In this document: piece after piece, positions 11,804 to 21,266 of the stretch
How the letters are laid out: every line of letters starts with the position of its first letter
Position numbering within the stretch: position 1 is the first letter of the stretch
DNA from: Bacteroidota bacterium
GTDB taxonomy: Bacteria; Bacteroidota; Ignavibacteria; UBA10030; UBA8401
NCBI GenBank assembly: GCA_030679145.1
Contig: JAUXTU010000015.1
Coordinates: 121,190-185,189 of the forward strand
Direction: 5' to 3'
Length of the DNA stretch: 64,000 bases
Translations under genes and position numbers: made by a program
Notes under the pieces: model-generated
What the model was told of the DNA's origin: nothing
What the model saw: only the letters and a program-made list of their open reading frames with translations
Database searches by the model: none

Positions 11804-11832
11804 TTGACAAAAAGAATAATATATCTTAATTT
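11804..11832 (+). promoter_or_regulatory. candidate sigma-70-type promoter for the Rrf2 gene
   Basis: TTGACA (11804-11809), a 17-nt spacer, then TAATTT. It sits ~25 nt upstream of the ATG at 11854. Confidence 0.3.
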
Positions 11833-11853
11833 CAGAGTAAAATATCCGAAACT

Positions 11854-12270
11854 ATGAGCGTTCTTTTTAGCCGTCCCTGTGAATATGCGTTACAAGCAGT
11901 GTTATATCTTGCTCAAAAACGAGAAGGAGAAATGACATCTGCCAAGGAATTAACTTCAAAATTAGATATTCCGTATCATTTTATTTCTAAAATTTTACAG
12001 GATCTTACGTATAAAAAACTTTTATATTCGCAAACAGGTCCTACAGGAGGCTTTGCGCTTGCAAAGTCGCCCAAAAAAATTTTATTTCTTGATATTGTTG
12101 AAGCTATTGATGGGAAAGATTATAAAACAAATTGTGTTATGGGATTTTCTGAATGCGGAGGAGAGAAAGTCTGCGCAGTTCATGATAAATGGAAACTTAT
12201 CAAAGAAAATATCCACAACATGTTGGTAAGCAAAAACATATTCGAAATGGCGAAAGAAATGAATCGTTAG
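11854..12270 (+). CDS. Rrf2 family Fe-S transcriptional regulator (NsrR/IscR-like)
   Basis: N-terminal wHTH of the Rrf2 family. C-x6-C-x5-C cluster-ligand motif (CVMGFSECGGEKVC). It lies at the head of the nos locus. Confidence 0.7.
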   Translation: MSVLFSRPCEYALQAVLYLAQKREGEMTSAKELTSKLDIPYHFISKILQDLTYKKLLYSQTGPTGGFALAKSPKKILFLDIVEAIDGKDYKTNCVMGFSECGGEKVCAVHDKWKLIKENIHNMLVSKNIFEMAKEMNR

Positions 12271-12370
12271 TAATAGAAAGGTTATTTGTCAAAAATTTTT
12301 ATTCGACGAACTATTAGTAATACACAATTTTGCATATCATAATTTTGGAGTAAATATTCTGAAATTAAAT

Positions 12371-12384
12371 AGAATTATAATTCT
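12371..12384. promoter_or_regulatory. perfect 14-bp palindrome AGAATTATAATTCT immediately upstream of the DUF2249 start codon
   Basis: Read directly from the sequence. It is self-complementary. Confidence 0.3.
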
Positions 12385-12387
12385 GTA

Positions 12388-12624
12388 ATGAATAATCTCC
12401 AATCAAAAACAATAGATGTCCGAAACATTCATCCTTCTCAAAGACATTCTTTAATATTTGAGATGTTTGATGCACTTGCCGGTGGAGAATCAATTGAACT
12501 TGTGAATGATCACGAGCCACGCCCGCTCTATTATACTTTTTTACATGAGCGAACAGATAAATTTCAATGGGAATATCTGGAATCTGGTCCAACTGTTTGG
12601 AGAGTTCGGATTAGAAAACATTGA
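12388..12624 (+). CDS. DUF2249 domain protein
   Basis: 78 aa. This family is typically associated with denitrification and NO-response loci. Confidence 0.55.
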   Translation: MNNLQSKTIDVRNIHPSQRHSLIFEMFDALAGGESIELVNDHEPRPLYYTFLHERTDKFQWEYLESGPTVWRVRIRKH

Positions 12625-12809
12625 AAACAATAAAATAATTGAATTTTTCAAAATTTAAAAAACCGTAACGAGATGTCACAAGCAATAAAAACCTTTCAAA
12701 AACGCCGCTAAAGGTATGAATAGGTTTATCAAAGCTGAAAAAATATTCTTCAATATTTATTATTGGGAATTAAAACCTACAAACAATGCGGAAATTCTTC
12801 AAAATTAAA

Positions 12810-12827
12810 TCAGATTAGTTAATCTGA
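12810..12827. promoter_or_regulatory. candidate operator: 8-bp perfect inverted repeat TCAGATTA-GT-TAATCTGA ~40 nt upstream of the flavoprotein gene
   Basis: Read directly from the sequence. Confidence 0.35.
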
Positions 12828-12866
12828 AATAGGCATAATTTTTGCAGAGTTTATGGAAAAAACTGT

Positions 12867-14768
12867 ATGACCGACAAATACCCTCTAAAAGTTCCTGATA
12901 TAGAATTTTGGAAGAATCTCGTTCCCTGTCAAATCGGTTGCCCGATTCATACTGATGCCGGACGTTATGTGCAGCAAATTGGCGAAGGGAAGTATAAGGA
13001 AGCATATCTCACCGCGCGGTCTCCAAATCCATTCGCAAGCGTTTGCGGACGCGTCTGTGCGGCTCCGTGTGAAGACTGGTGCCGCCGTGGAAAAATCGAT
13101 GCGCCCGTTTCCATTCGAGCTTTAAAACGTTTTGTAACTGATAAATTTGGAATAGAATCTCTTGAGCCGGATACGGTCAATGCACTATTGAATGGTGAAT
13201 CCGATGCAGGAAATAAATGGCGATGGCATCTTCCGATACAAAATGAAAAAAGAAAAAATATTGTTAAAAACAAGAATGTAGCAGTTATCGGTTCCGGTCC
13301 AACGGGTGTTTCGTGTGCACACGATCTTGCATTAATGGGTTACACCGTAACAATTTTTGAAGCAACCTCGGTTGGCGGAGGAATGCTTCGCCACGGAATT
13401 CCTGAGTATCGTCTTCCCCGCACCTTAATAGATAAAGAAATTGACAAAGTAAAATCCTTAGGCGTTACGATACAATACAACACTCCACTTACTGAAAAAT
13501 TTGGACTGAAAGAATTAAAGAAACAAGGGTACGATTCGGTCTTCATTTCTGTTGGCACACAGAAGGGGCGGGATATTAATATTGAAGGATCAAATCTGGA
13601 TGGTGTTGTAAAAGCGATTGATTATCTACTCAACATCAACAACGGATATCGTGTCAATCTTGGTAAAAAAGTGTTGGTGATTGGAGGCGGTTTTGTGGCA
13701 TTCGATGCAGCACGATCGGCGTTACGTGCAACATCCGAATCTGATACAACTATACACGAAGCGGTTGATGCGGCGCGTGTTGCACGACGATCCGGTGCAG
13801 AAGAAGTACATATTGCAAGTTTAGAATCATTTGCAGAAATGCCCGTACTACGTTCCGTGCAAGGATATGAAGAATTTGAAGAAGCCAAACGTGAGGGTGT
13901 TGTGTTTCATCCTCAGCGCGGTCCCAAAAAATTCATCGGGGAAAATGGAAAATTGAAAAGAGTTGAATTTATCGGTGTGAAAAAAACATATGATGAGAAT
14001 GGAAAATTCAACCCTGTATTTGATGAATCACTGACAGAACGTTTTGATGTCGACACGGTGATCCTTGCAATCGGTCAAAAAACTGATCTTTCGTTCATTG
14101 TCGCTTCCGATAAGGTTGAAATATCTCCAGGCGGATTTCTAAAGATCAATACTGAAACACTTGAAACCACAGCTCCTGGAATTTTTGCAGGGGGAGATGC
14201 AGCGTTCGGTCCCAGAAATATCATTGAATCTGTTGCTAACGGAAAGAAAGCAGCTCTTTCTATCGATGAATTTTTGAGCGGGACAACTGCAACAACGTAT
14301 TTCGATCTCTCTATCGAAAAAATTCCCACCAGCAGATTCACCCGTCCAGAAGATTTTGAACAATACACCCGTGAAGCTCCGCCGACAATAGATTTAAATC
14401 GTCGGACAGGGATATCAGAAGTAGAAATTGGCTACACGGAAGAACAGGCGAAGCGACAGGCTGAACGATGTCTATCATGTCATGTACAAACAATTTATGA
14501 TGCAGATAAATGCGTGATGTGTAACCGTTGCGTGGATGTTTGTCCTGAATACTGTTTGAAGCTTGTTCCGTTGAACGAATTGGAAATTGATACAGCAATT
14601 AAAGCACAATTGGTTGAACACTATAATATCGATCCATATTCACCCGCCAGTGCAATGATCAAAGATGATGAAACATGTATTCGATGCGGATTATGTGCTC
14701 TGCGATGTCCGACCGATGCGATGACAATGGAGGTCTTCTATTATGAAGAACATGAACAATTCAAATAG
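12867..14768 (+). CDS. GltD-like NAD(P)H-dependent Fe-S flavoprotein oxidoreductase with C-terminal 2x[4Fe-4S] ferredoxin domain
   Basis: N-terminal Cys cluster as in glutamate synthase small subunit (CQIGCP, CGRVCAAPCEDWC). Two dinucleotide-binding GxGxxG motifs (VIGSGPTG, VIGGGFVAFDAA). C-terminal CxxCxxCxxxCP x2 (CVMCNRCVDVCP, CIRCGLCALRCP). Confidence 0.7.
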   Translation: MTDKYPLKVPDIEFWKNLVPCQIGCPIHTDAGRYVQQIGEGKYKEAYLTARSPNPFASVCGRVCAAPCEDWCRRGKIDAPVSIRALKRFVTDKFGIESLEPDTVNALLNGESDAGNKWRWHLPIQNEKRKNIVKNKNVAVIGSGPTGVSCAHDLALMGYTVTIFEATSVGGGMLRHGIPEYRLPRTLIDKEIDKVKSLGVTIQYNTPLTEKFGLKELKKQGYDSVFISVGTQKGRDINIEGSNLDGVVKAIDYLLNINNGYRVNLGKKVLVIGGGFVAFDAARSALRATSESDTTIHEAVDAARVARRSGAEEVHIASLESFAEMPVLRSVQGYEEFEEAKREGVVFHPQRGPKKFIGENGKLKRVEFIGVKKTYDENGKFNPVFDESLTERFDVDTVILAIGQKTDLSFIVASDKVEISPGGFLKINTETLETTAPGIFAGGDAAFGPRNIIESVANGKKAALSIDEFLSGTTATTYFDLSIEKIPTSRFTRPEDFEQYTREAPPTIDLNRRTGISEVEIGYTEEQAKRQAERCLSCHVQTIYDADKCVMCNRCVDVCPEYCLKLVPLNELEIDTAIKAQLVEHYNIDPYSPASAMIKDDETCIRCGLCALRCPTDAMTMEVFYYEEHEQFK

Positions 14769-15516
14769 TTTTGCAAGTGGGATAACGAATGCAAAACGAG
14801 TTGTTTTGTTGATCGTATTGGCGTTGCTCGTCCAAACGTCTCAAGCGCATCACGGAAAAGATTTTCTTGTCGCATCATCGTGCACAACGCCGCATGAGGG
14901 GTCGCTGTGCGCACATTTCAATACACAGTATTTTTCTGAAAACCATTCTTCAGAATCATTGATGCTTTTTTCTTCTGGATTGATCTATGGACTTACCGAT
15001 GATATTGGACTTGAGTTCCATTCGCATTTTAACACAATGTCTTCATCTACACATGTTGAAGCGTTAGCACTTGAAGCTCGGTATAATATTCTTTCAGAAG
15101 CAGATGAACATTCCTCTCTTGATGGAACAACAAATCCATTTTCGTTGGCAACATCTCTGGAATTTGAAAAAGGAATAGTGGGACATCCCAGTGTTCTTGA
15201 ATCGCGATTAATTATTGGAAAAGAATTTGGATTTATAATGCTTGTCGGGAACTTGGTTGTGATGCAGGAATTTGAAGAAGGACAACATCCGGAAACGCAA
15301 TTTGTGATTGGGATGAAGACCATGATTACAAATAGTATCGGCATGTTGGTTGAACTCTTGAATAACAATCATCACACGGAAGGGACGCAATTAAGTCTTG
15401 GATGTTCAATTGCCTTGATGAAAAAATTTGATGTTACGATCGGAACCAATTTTATAAATCAGAATCATGGAACAATGATCTCATCGTTCCAAAGCATGAT
15501 GATGTACACATTCTAA
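14743..15516 (+). CDS. His-rich secreted protein, possible small outer-membrane beta-barrel; function unknown
   Basis: Signal peptide (VVLLIVLALLVQTSQA). Multiple His (HHGKDF, HSHF, NNNHH). It ends in the aromatic residue F. The start overlaps the upstream gene. Confidence 0.4.
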   Translation: MKNMNNSNSFASGITNAKRVVLLIVLALLVQTSQAHHGKDFLVASSCTTPHEGSLCAHFNTQYFSENHSSESLMLFSSGLIYGLTDDIGLEFHSHFNTMSSSTHVEALALEARYNILSEADEHSSLDGTTNPFSLATSLEFEKGIVGHPSVLESRLIIGKEFGFIMLVGNLVVMQEFEEGQHPETQFVIGMKTMITNSIGMLVELLNNNHHTEGTQLSLGCSIALMKKFDVTIGTNFINQNHGTMISSFQSMMMYTF

Positions 15517-15547
15517 AACGCTAAGTTCATACATACAGGAAAATATT

Positions 15548-16090
15548 ATGAAAGAAACAGAGTCAACCAACTCGCCCAATAAAACGGAAAAAGAAAAAAA
15601 CTCCCGCCGCGAATTTCTGCAAAAAGTCGGCGTAGGAAGTATTTTGCTTAGTGCAGGCGCAACAGGATTTCAATCGGTAAGAGCACTTATTCCCGATGTT
15701 CTCTACGAAGCATCCGAGCGGTTTAAGGTTGGACATCCCACACAACTTTCTGAAGGAGTAACATTTATAGAAGATCGGCGACTCTATGTGTTCAAAGAAG
15801 GAAGGTCTTATTATGCGATCTCGGGAGCGTGTACACATCTTGGCTGTACTGTTAAATACACAAAATTGAATCAACCAAAAGATATTGAGGTTGACGGATT
15901 AACCAAGAAGATCAATTTCGAATTTCACTGTCCATGCCATGGTTCAAAATTCTATGCAGATGGAACTAACTTTGCTGGTCCTGCTCCCCGTCCGCTGCGA
16001 TGGTATAAACTAGAACAATCTCCTGATGACGGGCAACTGATAGTGGATTTAGGCGAAGAAGTTGAACAAAATTTTCGGTTAACAGTATAA
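15548..16090 (+). CDS. Rieske [2Fe-2S] iron-sulfur protein with Tat signal
   Basis: Twin-arginine motif SRREFLQKVGVG. Rieske boxes CTHLGC and CPCHGS. Confidence 0.8.
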   Translation: MKETESTNSPNKTEKEKNSRREFLQKVGVGSILLSAGATGFQSVRALIPDVLYEASERFKVGHPTQLSEGVTFIEDRRLYVFKEGRSYYAISGACTHLGCTVKYTKLNQPKDIEVDGLTKKINFEFHCPCHGSKFYADGTNFAGPAPRPLRWYKLEQSPDDGQLIVDLGEEVEQNFRLTV

Positions 16091-16114
16091 ACGATCTTTA
16101 ATTCGGAGCGGACA

Positions 16115-17440
16115 ATGCAATTTTTAGAACAAATAAAGAAAATCTATAATAAACTTACATGGACATGGAATCCGGGAAGCGAAAAAGAATCCGGTGATGC
16201 TATTGTAAAAAATATTCTGCTTCATTGGTTTCCGAATAAGATATCGAAGAAAAGTTTATCGTGGAATTATTCATTCTACCTCGGCACAATTTCATTTATC
16301 CTTTTTTTGATCTTAACAATTACCGGAATGATTTTAATGTTCCTCTATGTCCCGTCGGTAGAACGCGCTTATAGTTCTGTAAAGGACATTGAGTTTGTAG
16401 TTGCATTCGGATGGCTCTTACGTTCGGTGCATAGAATATCTGCACATTTGATGGTAGCGATTGTTTTTCTTCATATGGTTCGAGTCTTTTTAACAGGATC
16501 ATATAAAAATGGAAAATCAATCGGTTCCAATCGCCCGACAAACTGGATCGTTGGTATTATTTTATTGCTTTCTACACTGTTGCTCTCATTCACGGGTTAC
16601 TTATTACCGTGGGATCAATTGGCATATTGGGCAATTACCGTTGGAACGAACATTGCAAGTTCTGCGCCAATCGTGGGCGAAAAAATTCGATTCTTTCTTC
16701 TTGGCGGCAATACAATCAATCAGAACGCGCTCATTCGATTTTATGTGTTGCATGTATTTTTCTTACCCGTGCTCGTTCTGTTTTTATTCTTCTACCACAT
16801 GTGGCGCATCCGTAAAGATGGCGGATTAGCGGCTGCCGACAATGAATCACTGAATCAAAAACCAGAAAATATTGCACCGGTAAAATCTAAAACATATTCG
16901 TTGCTTGGTATAACAAAAGGAACAAGCGTTCACGTGCAGACAACAATGGTGAACGAAGAAGAAAATTCAGTCTCATCAGCACCACACTTAATTCGCCGTC
17001 TCTGGTTGGTGACCCTTGCAACGACGGCTGTGACAATTTTATTAGCGATTTTTTTTGCTGCTCCGCTAGAAGAAGCGGCTAATCCATCGGTGACACCGAA
17101 TCCGGCCAAAGCACCGTGGTATTTTCTCTGGTTGCAGGAAATTGTTACCGATACAACCCTTAAACTTGGATTCATCACTATTAACGGTGCATTTATTGGC
17201 GGTATCATTTTGCCAACGTTTCTCATTGGTCTTGCAATCTGGTGGCCGTACCGTGATCGATCCGGATTGAACAGTGTTGGAGTGTGGTTCTCTCCCGAAC
17301 GAAAAAAACAAAATTACACATTCATCGGAATCTGTATAATTATCATCATCTTTACCATCATTGGAACATTTTTGCGGGGACCATATTGGAATTTCTACTG
17401 GCCTTGGGAATCGTGGCCGATGATGCCTGTGAAATTTTAA
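16115..17440 (+). CDS. cytochrome b (b6 + subunit-IV-like fusion) of a Rieske/cyt b complex
   Basis: 441 aa polytopic membrane protein. Conserved His pairs in helices (SVHRISAHLMVAIVFLHMVRVF; YVLHVFFLP). PEW-like segment (LPWDQ). Confidence 0.75.
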   Translation: MQFLEQIKKIYNKLTWTWNPGSEKESGDAIVKNILLHWFPNKISKKSLSWNYSFYLGTISFILFLILTITGMILMFLYVPSVERAYSSVKDIEFVVAFGWLLRSVHRISAHLMVAIVFLHMVRVFLTGSYKNGKSIGSNRPTNWIVGIILLLSTLLLSFTGYLLPWDQLAYWAITVGTNIASSAPIVGEKIRFFLLGGNTINQNALIRFYVLHVFFLPVLVLFLFFYHMWRIRKDGGLAAADNESLNQKPENIAPVKSKTYSLLGITKGTSVHVQTTMVNEEENSVSSAPHLIRRLWLVTLATTAVTILLAIFFAAPLEEAANPSVTPNPAKAPWYFLWLQEIVTDTTLKLGFITINGAFIGGIILPTFLIGLAIWWPYRDRSGLNSVGVWFSPERKKQNYTFIGICIIIIIFTIIGTFLRGPYWNFYWPWESWPMMPVKF

Positions 17441-17480
17441 CTGAATTATTATTTCCACACGATTATAAACGAGATGAGCA

Positions 17481-18698
17481 ATGAACCATAAGAATATGAA
17501 GCAGAAATTAGAGTTTGTTATCAAGGATAAAATCTTTATTAGCATTGCCAGTATTATCTTTTTACTCGTCACAGGGTACATTGTTTTTAATTATCTGACA
17601 CCTGAGTGGAAGATGTACCAACAGGATTTTACATCGGTAGTGGAAGAAAAACTTGGTGTTGATCGAGCAGCAACTGTTCGTGGCGGACTTCAACAAATTT
17701 ATGTAAAAGATCTTGAGGTCACAGATCGTTGTATTACGTGCCATATGGGTATGGAATGGAAGGGAATGGAAAATGTTGAACAGCCGTTTCGTTCTCACCC
17801 CAAAGAGATCTTGGCAAATCATCCAATCGATAAATTTGGCTGTACAACTTGCCATTCGGGGCAAGGCTATGCAACGGATATGAATTCAGCGCACGGATTC
17901 TCAGAACACTGGGAAGACCCGCTGCTTGGCAAAGAATTGTCCGATTTTTACGTCGTGAGCAATAAAAAAGCGATGATGGAAGTGAACTGCAACAAGTGTC
18001 ATCGCTACGAAAAAGAGACAAGGGGAATGGATTTCTTGAACAGGGCAAAACAACTTGTGAACGAAAAAGGCTGCCGTGCGTGTCATGTTATTAACGGACG
18101 CGGAGGAACCGTGGGACCGGATTTAACATACGAAGGTGAAAAATCTCCCGAACAATTCAACTTTGAACGGATAAAAGGTTTTACATCGATGTTTGCGTGG
18201 CACAGCGCTCATTTTAAGAACCCAAAAGAACTTGTTGCAGAAACAGTGATGCCGAATTTTAATTTCACTTCAAACGACGCCCAGGCGTTATCGTTACTGG
18301 TGATGAGTTGGAAAAAAGCAAAGATCCCCGTTGATTATATTCCTTCGAATAATTTTAAAGATGTGCCAACACAGGAAGAATTGGAAAAAGAAGAACGAAT
18401 GAAGAACGGTCCGGGCGCCTTTTTTGTAACAAAGAACTGCTTTGTTTGTCATTCGGTTTCATCGCTTGGTGTGGAAGCAGCAGCACAAATTGGTCCAGAC
18501 CTTGCACTTGCCGTGGAAGATGTTCAATCCCGATTTGGCAGAACGCTCGATGATTTCTTGATGAAACCGACCGGAACAATGGAGGTGGTACTTTCGACAA
18601 TGATTCCGTTGACAAAAGAAGAACGATTAGAAGCGATAGAAAAATTGCGTCAAGCCTATGAAATAAAGAAACGAGAAAAAGCTGTATCGAAAAAATAA
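17481..18698 (+). CDS. membrane-anchored pentaheme c-type cytochrome
   Basis: N-terminal TM helix. Five CxxCH motifs (CITCH, CTTCH, CNKCH, CRACH, CFVCH). Confidence 0.75.
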   Translation: MNHKNMKQKLEFVIKDKIFISIASIIFLLVTGYIVFNYLTPEWKMYQQDFTSVVEEKLGVDRAATVRGGLQQIYVKDLEVTDRCITCHMGMEWKGMENVEQPFRSHPKEILANHPIDKFGCTTCHSGQGYATDMNSAHGFSEHWEDPLLGKELSDFYVVSNKKAMMEVNCNKCHRYEKETRGMDFLNRAKQLVNEKGCRACHVINGRGGTVGPDLTYEGEKSPEQFNFERIKGFTSMFAWHSAHFKNPKELVAETVMPNFNFTSNDAQALSLLVMSWKKAKIPVDYIPSNNFKDVPTQEELEKEERMKNGPGAFFVTKNCFVCHSVSSLGVEAAAQIGPDLALAVEDVQSRFGRTLDDFLMKPTGTMEVVLSTMIPLTKEERLEAIEKLRQAYEIKKREKAVSKK

Positions 18699-18734
18699 GC
18701 GCATTATTTCACAACCAACTAAAGGAGGATTTCT

Positions 18735-20570
18735 ATGAAACAAAAAATGTCTGCATTACTCTTCATCGTTATTGCAATCGCAATGCTGATCGGCTGCGGC
18801 GATGATAAAAAAGGACGTGCCGGTGCCCGATCTGATGTACAAGAAGCGGCACAAAAGACATATGTTGCACCAGGAGATCTGGACGAGTATTACGTTTTCA
18901 AATCCGGCGGACATTCCGGACAAGTGTACGTGTACGGCATTCCATCAATGAGACATATTTCCACAATCCCGGTCTTTACACCATACCCGGCTACTGGATA
19001 CGGGTTTGATAAAGAATCAAAAGAAATGCTCGGAGGATTTACGTGGGGCGATGCGCATCATCCCTCCATCAGTGAAACCGATGGAGATTACGACGGGCGA
19101 TGGTTGTTTATTTCTGACAACGCTAACAATCGAATGGCTCGAATTGATCTGCGTGATTTTAAGACAAAGGAAATTTTTGGACCGATTCCAAACGTATCGG
19201 GAAATCACTGTTCATCGTTTGTAACAGAAAACACCGAGTATGTGCTTGCCGGTTCTCGTTTTTCCATTCCGCTCCCTCGCGGCAGATATGAAAAGATTGA
19301 AGACTATGCCACAAAATTTAATGGAGTGGTTGCAGGAATTAATGTTGACAAAAATTCAGGAAAAATGACTCTCGGATGGCAGGTTTTAATGCCGCCGTTC
19401 AATTACGATCTTGGCGATGCGGGAAAAGGACCGAGCAAAGAGTGGGGTTTCTGGACATGCTATAATTCAGAACGGGCAATCGGAAAATTAGAAGTAACCT
19501 CAACACAAAAAGATCGGGATTATGTTGTTGCTGTCAATTGGAAGAATGCAGAAAAGGCGATCAGCAACGGTAAATTTAAAATGATCGGCGGTGTGAAAGT
19601 GATCGATCCTAAGGATGTTAACGATGTTGTGTTTTTACTCCCCGCAGCAAAATCTCCGCATGGCGTCGATATCAGTCCCGATGGAAAGTACATCATTGCC
19701 AGCGGAAAATTGCAGAGTATCACTACCGTTTTTAGTTTTGAAAAAATGTTGACCGCCATTGCGCAGAAGAATTTCTCCGGAAACGAAGATGGAATAAATG
19801 TTCTAAATTATGATGCCGTTAAAGATGCGGAAGTGAATGTTGGATTGGGACCGCTTCACACGCAATTTGACGATCAGGGATATGCCTACACATCATTGTT
19901 TGTTGAAAGTGCTGTTGCTAAATGGAAGCTTGGATCGTGGGAGGTTGTTGATAAAATACCGGTTGCATACAACATCGGACATCTTACAGCAGCAGAAGGA
20001 GATACAAAGCATCCTGATGGTAAATATCTTATCGCTCTCAATAAATTATCGCACGGACGGCATTTAAGCGTTGGTCCTTCGCAGCCGGAAGCATCGCAAC
20101 TGATCGATATCAGCGGTGAAAAGATGGGTTTGTTGTACGATGCTTTTACAGAGCCAGAACCGCATTATGCTCAGATCATCAAAGCGGACAAACTTAAACC
20201 AATTGAAGTGTATCCGAAAGAAGAAAATAAACATCCGAAAGCGATCTGGGATTTAAAAGATTCAAAGGTTGTGCGTAACGGAAAGAACGTGGAAATCTAT
20301 GCCATTGCTGTTCGATCCAGTTTTGAACCCACGAAGATTGAAGTGAATAAAGGGGACAAAGTGACGATCTATATGACGAATATCGAACAAACAACCGACG
20401 AACTGCACGGCTTTGGTTTGAATGAATACAATATCAACGTTGTCATCGACCCCGGTGAAACAAAGGTTATTGAATTTATTGCAGACAAAGCGGGCGTGTT
20501 TCCATTCTATTGCACTAACTTCTGTTCTGCACTTCATCAAGAAATGCAAGGTTATATGCTCGTGAAGTAA
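18735..20570 (+). CDS. nosZ: nitrous-oxide reductase, clade II (Sec/lipoprotein type)
   Basis: Lipobox LIGCG signal peptide. Conserved N-terminal YVFKSGGHSGQVYVYGIPSMR motif. C-terminal CuA site CTNFCSALHQEMQGYM. 611 aa. Confidence 0.9.
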   Translation: MKQKMSALLFIVIAIAMLIGCGDDKKGRAGARSDVQEAAQKTYVAPGDLDEYYVFKSGGHSGQVYVYGIPSMRHISTIPVFTPYPATGYGFDKESKEMLGGFTWGDAHHPSISETDGDYDGRWLFISDNANNRMARIDLRDFKTKEIFGPIPNVSGNHCSSFVTENTEYVLAGSRFSIPLPRGRYEKIEDYATKFNGVVAGINVDKNSGKMTLGWQVLMPPFNYDLGDAGKGPSKEWGFWTCYNSERAIGKLEVTSTQKDRDYVVAVNWKNAEKAISNGKFKMIGGVKVIDPKDVNDVVFLLPAAKSPHGVDISPDGKYIIASGKLQSITTVFSFEKMLTAIAQKNFSGNEDGINVLNYDAVKDAEVNVGLGPLHTQFDDQGYAYTSLFVESAVAKWKLGSWEVVDKIPVAYNIGHLTAAEGDTKHPDGKYLIALNKLSHGRHLSVGPSQPEASQLIDISGEKMGLLYDAFTEPEPHYAQIIKADKLKPIEVYPKEENKHPKAIWDLKDSKVVRNGKNVEIYAIAVRSSFEPTKIEVNKGDKVTIYMTNIEQTTDELHGFGLNEYNINVVIDPGETKVIEFIADKAGVFPFYCTNFCSALHQEMQGYMLVK

Positions 20571-20577
20571 TTTTAGA

Positions 20578-20606
20578 TAGCGGGATGAATATGTTTCATC
20601 CCGCTA
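20578..20606 (+). terminator. stem-loop (attenuator/terminator) directly after nosZ
   Basis: TAGCGGGATGAA-TATGT-TTCATCCCGCTA is a 12-bp perfect stem followed by a T-rich tract. The RBS AAGGAG and the ATG of the next gene follow. Confidence 0.55.
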
Positions 20607-20627
20607 TGTTATTCTTAAGGAGTTATT

Positions 20628-21263
20628 ATGCAGCAATATTTAGAAAAAGCAACATCATTTTTTGAAATACCGATTGATATGCGGAGTCGTTTTATCATTA
20701 TCCTTGCCGCCGCTATGCTTATACCATCATTCTTTACTCCGCTCTGGGTAATGACGATGTATTCCAATCAATTTCCAGACGGGTTGGTTTTGAATATTTT
20801 TTCCTATAAACTTGAAGGCGGGAAAACTCCAAATCAAGATGACTTGAAGGAAATCAATTCGCTAAACCATTATATCGGTATGCGCCCGTTGATCGATGAT
20901 GATTTTACGGAATTTAAATGGATCCCATTCGTCATCGGCGGAACAATCCTTCTTGCGCTGCGTGTTGTTGTTCTGGGAAAAATGTCGAAGCTGGTAGATC
21001 TGTTTGTGATGTTCTCATACTTTGGTCTGTTTTCGTTATGGAGTTTTTATTATAAGATGTACATTTACGGTCACGAACTTGATCCTACTGCGGCAATAAA
21101 AGTTCCGCCATTTACACCGCCAATGTTCGGGCATCAAACAATGGCAAATTTTGAAGTATATAATTACCCTTCAACAGGTTCATTTTTTATTTCCGTGATG
21201 CCTCTGTTGTTATTGGTAGCTATGTGGCTATCGCGAAAAGCGTGGTTGGCAAAGCAGAAGTAG
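20628..21263 (+). CDS. nos-associated integral membrane protein (NosB-like position)
   Basis: 211 aa with about 4 TM helices. It is located between nosZ and nosD. Confidence 0.4.
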   Translation: MQQYLEKATSFFEIPIDMRSRFIIILAAAMLIPSFFTPLWVMTMYSNQFPDGLVLNIFSYKLEGGKTPNQDDLKEINSLNHYIGMRPLIDDDFTEFKWIPFVIGGTILLALRVVVLGKMSKLVDLFVMFSYFGLFSLWSFYYKMYIYGHELDPTAAIKVPPFTPPMFGHQTMANFEVYNYPSTGSFFISVMPLLLLVAMWLSRKAWLAKQK

Positions 21264-21266
21264 CAT

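Noticed and set aside
18735-20570. NosZ as clade I (Tat-exported)
   Set aside because: There is no twin-arginine motif. A lipobox Sec signal and a cytochrome c gene upstream indicate clade II.
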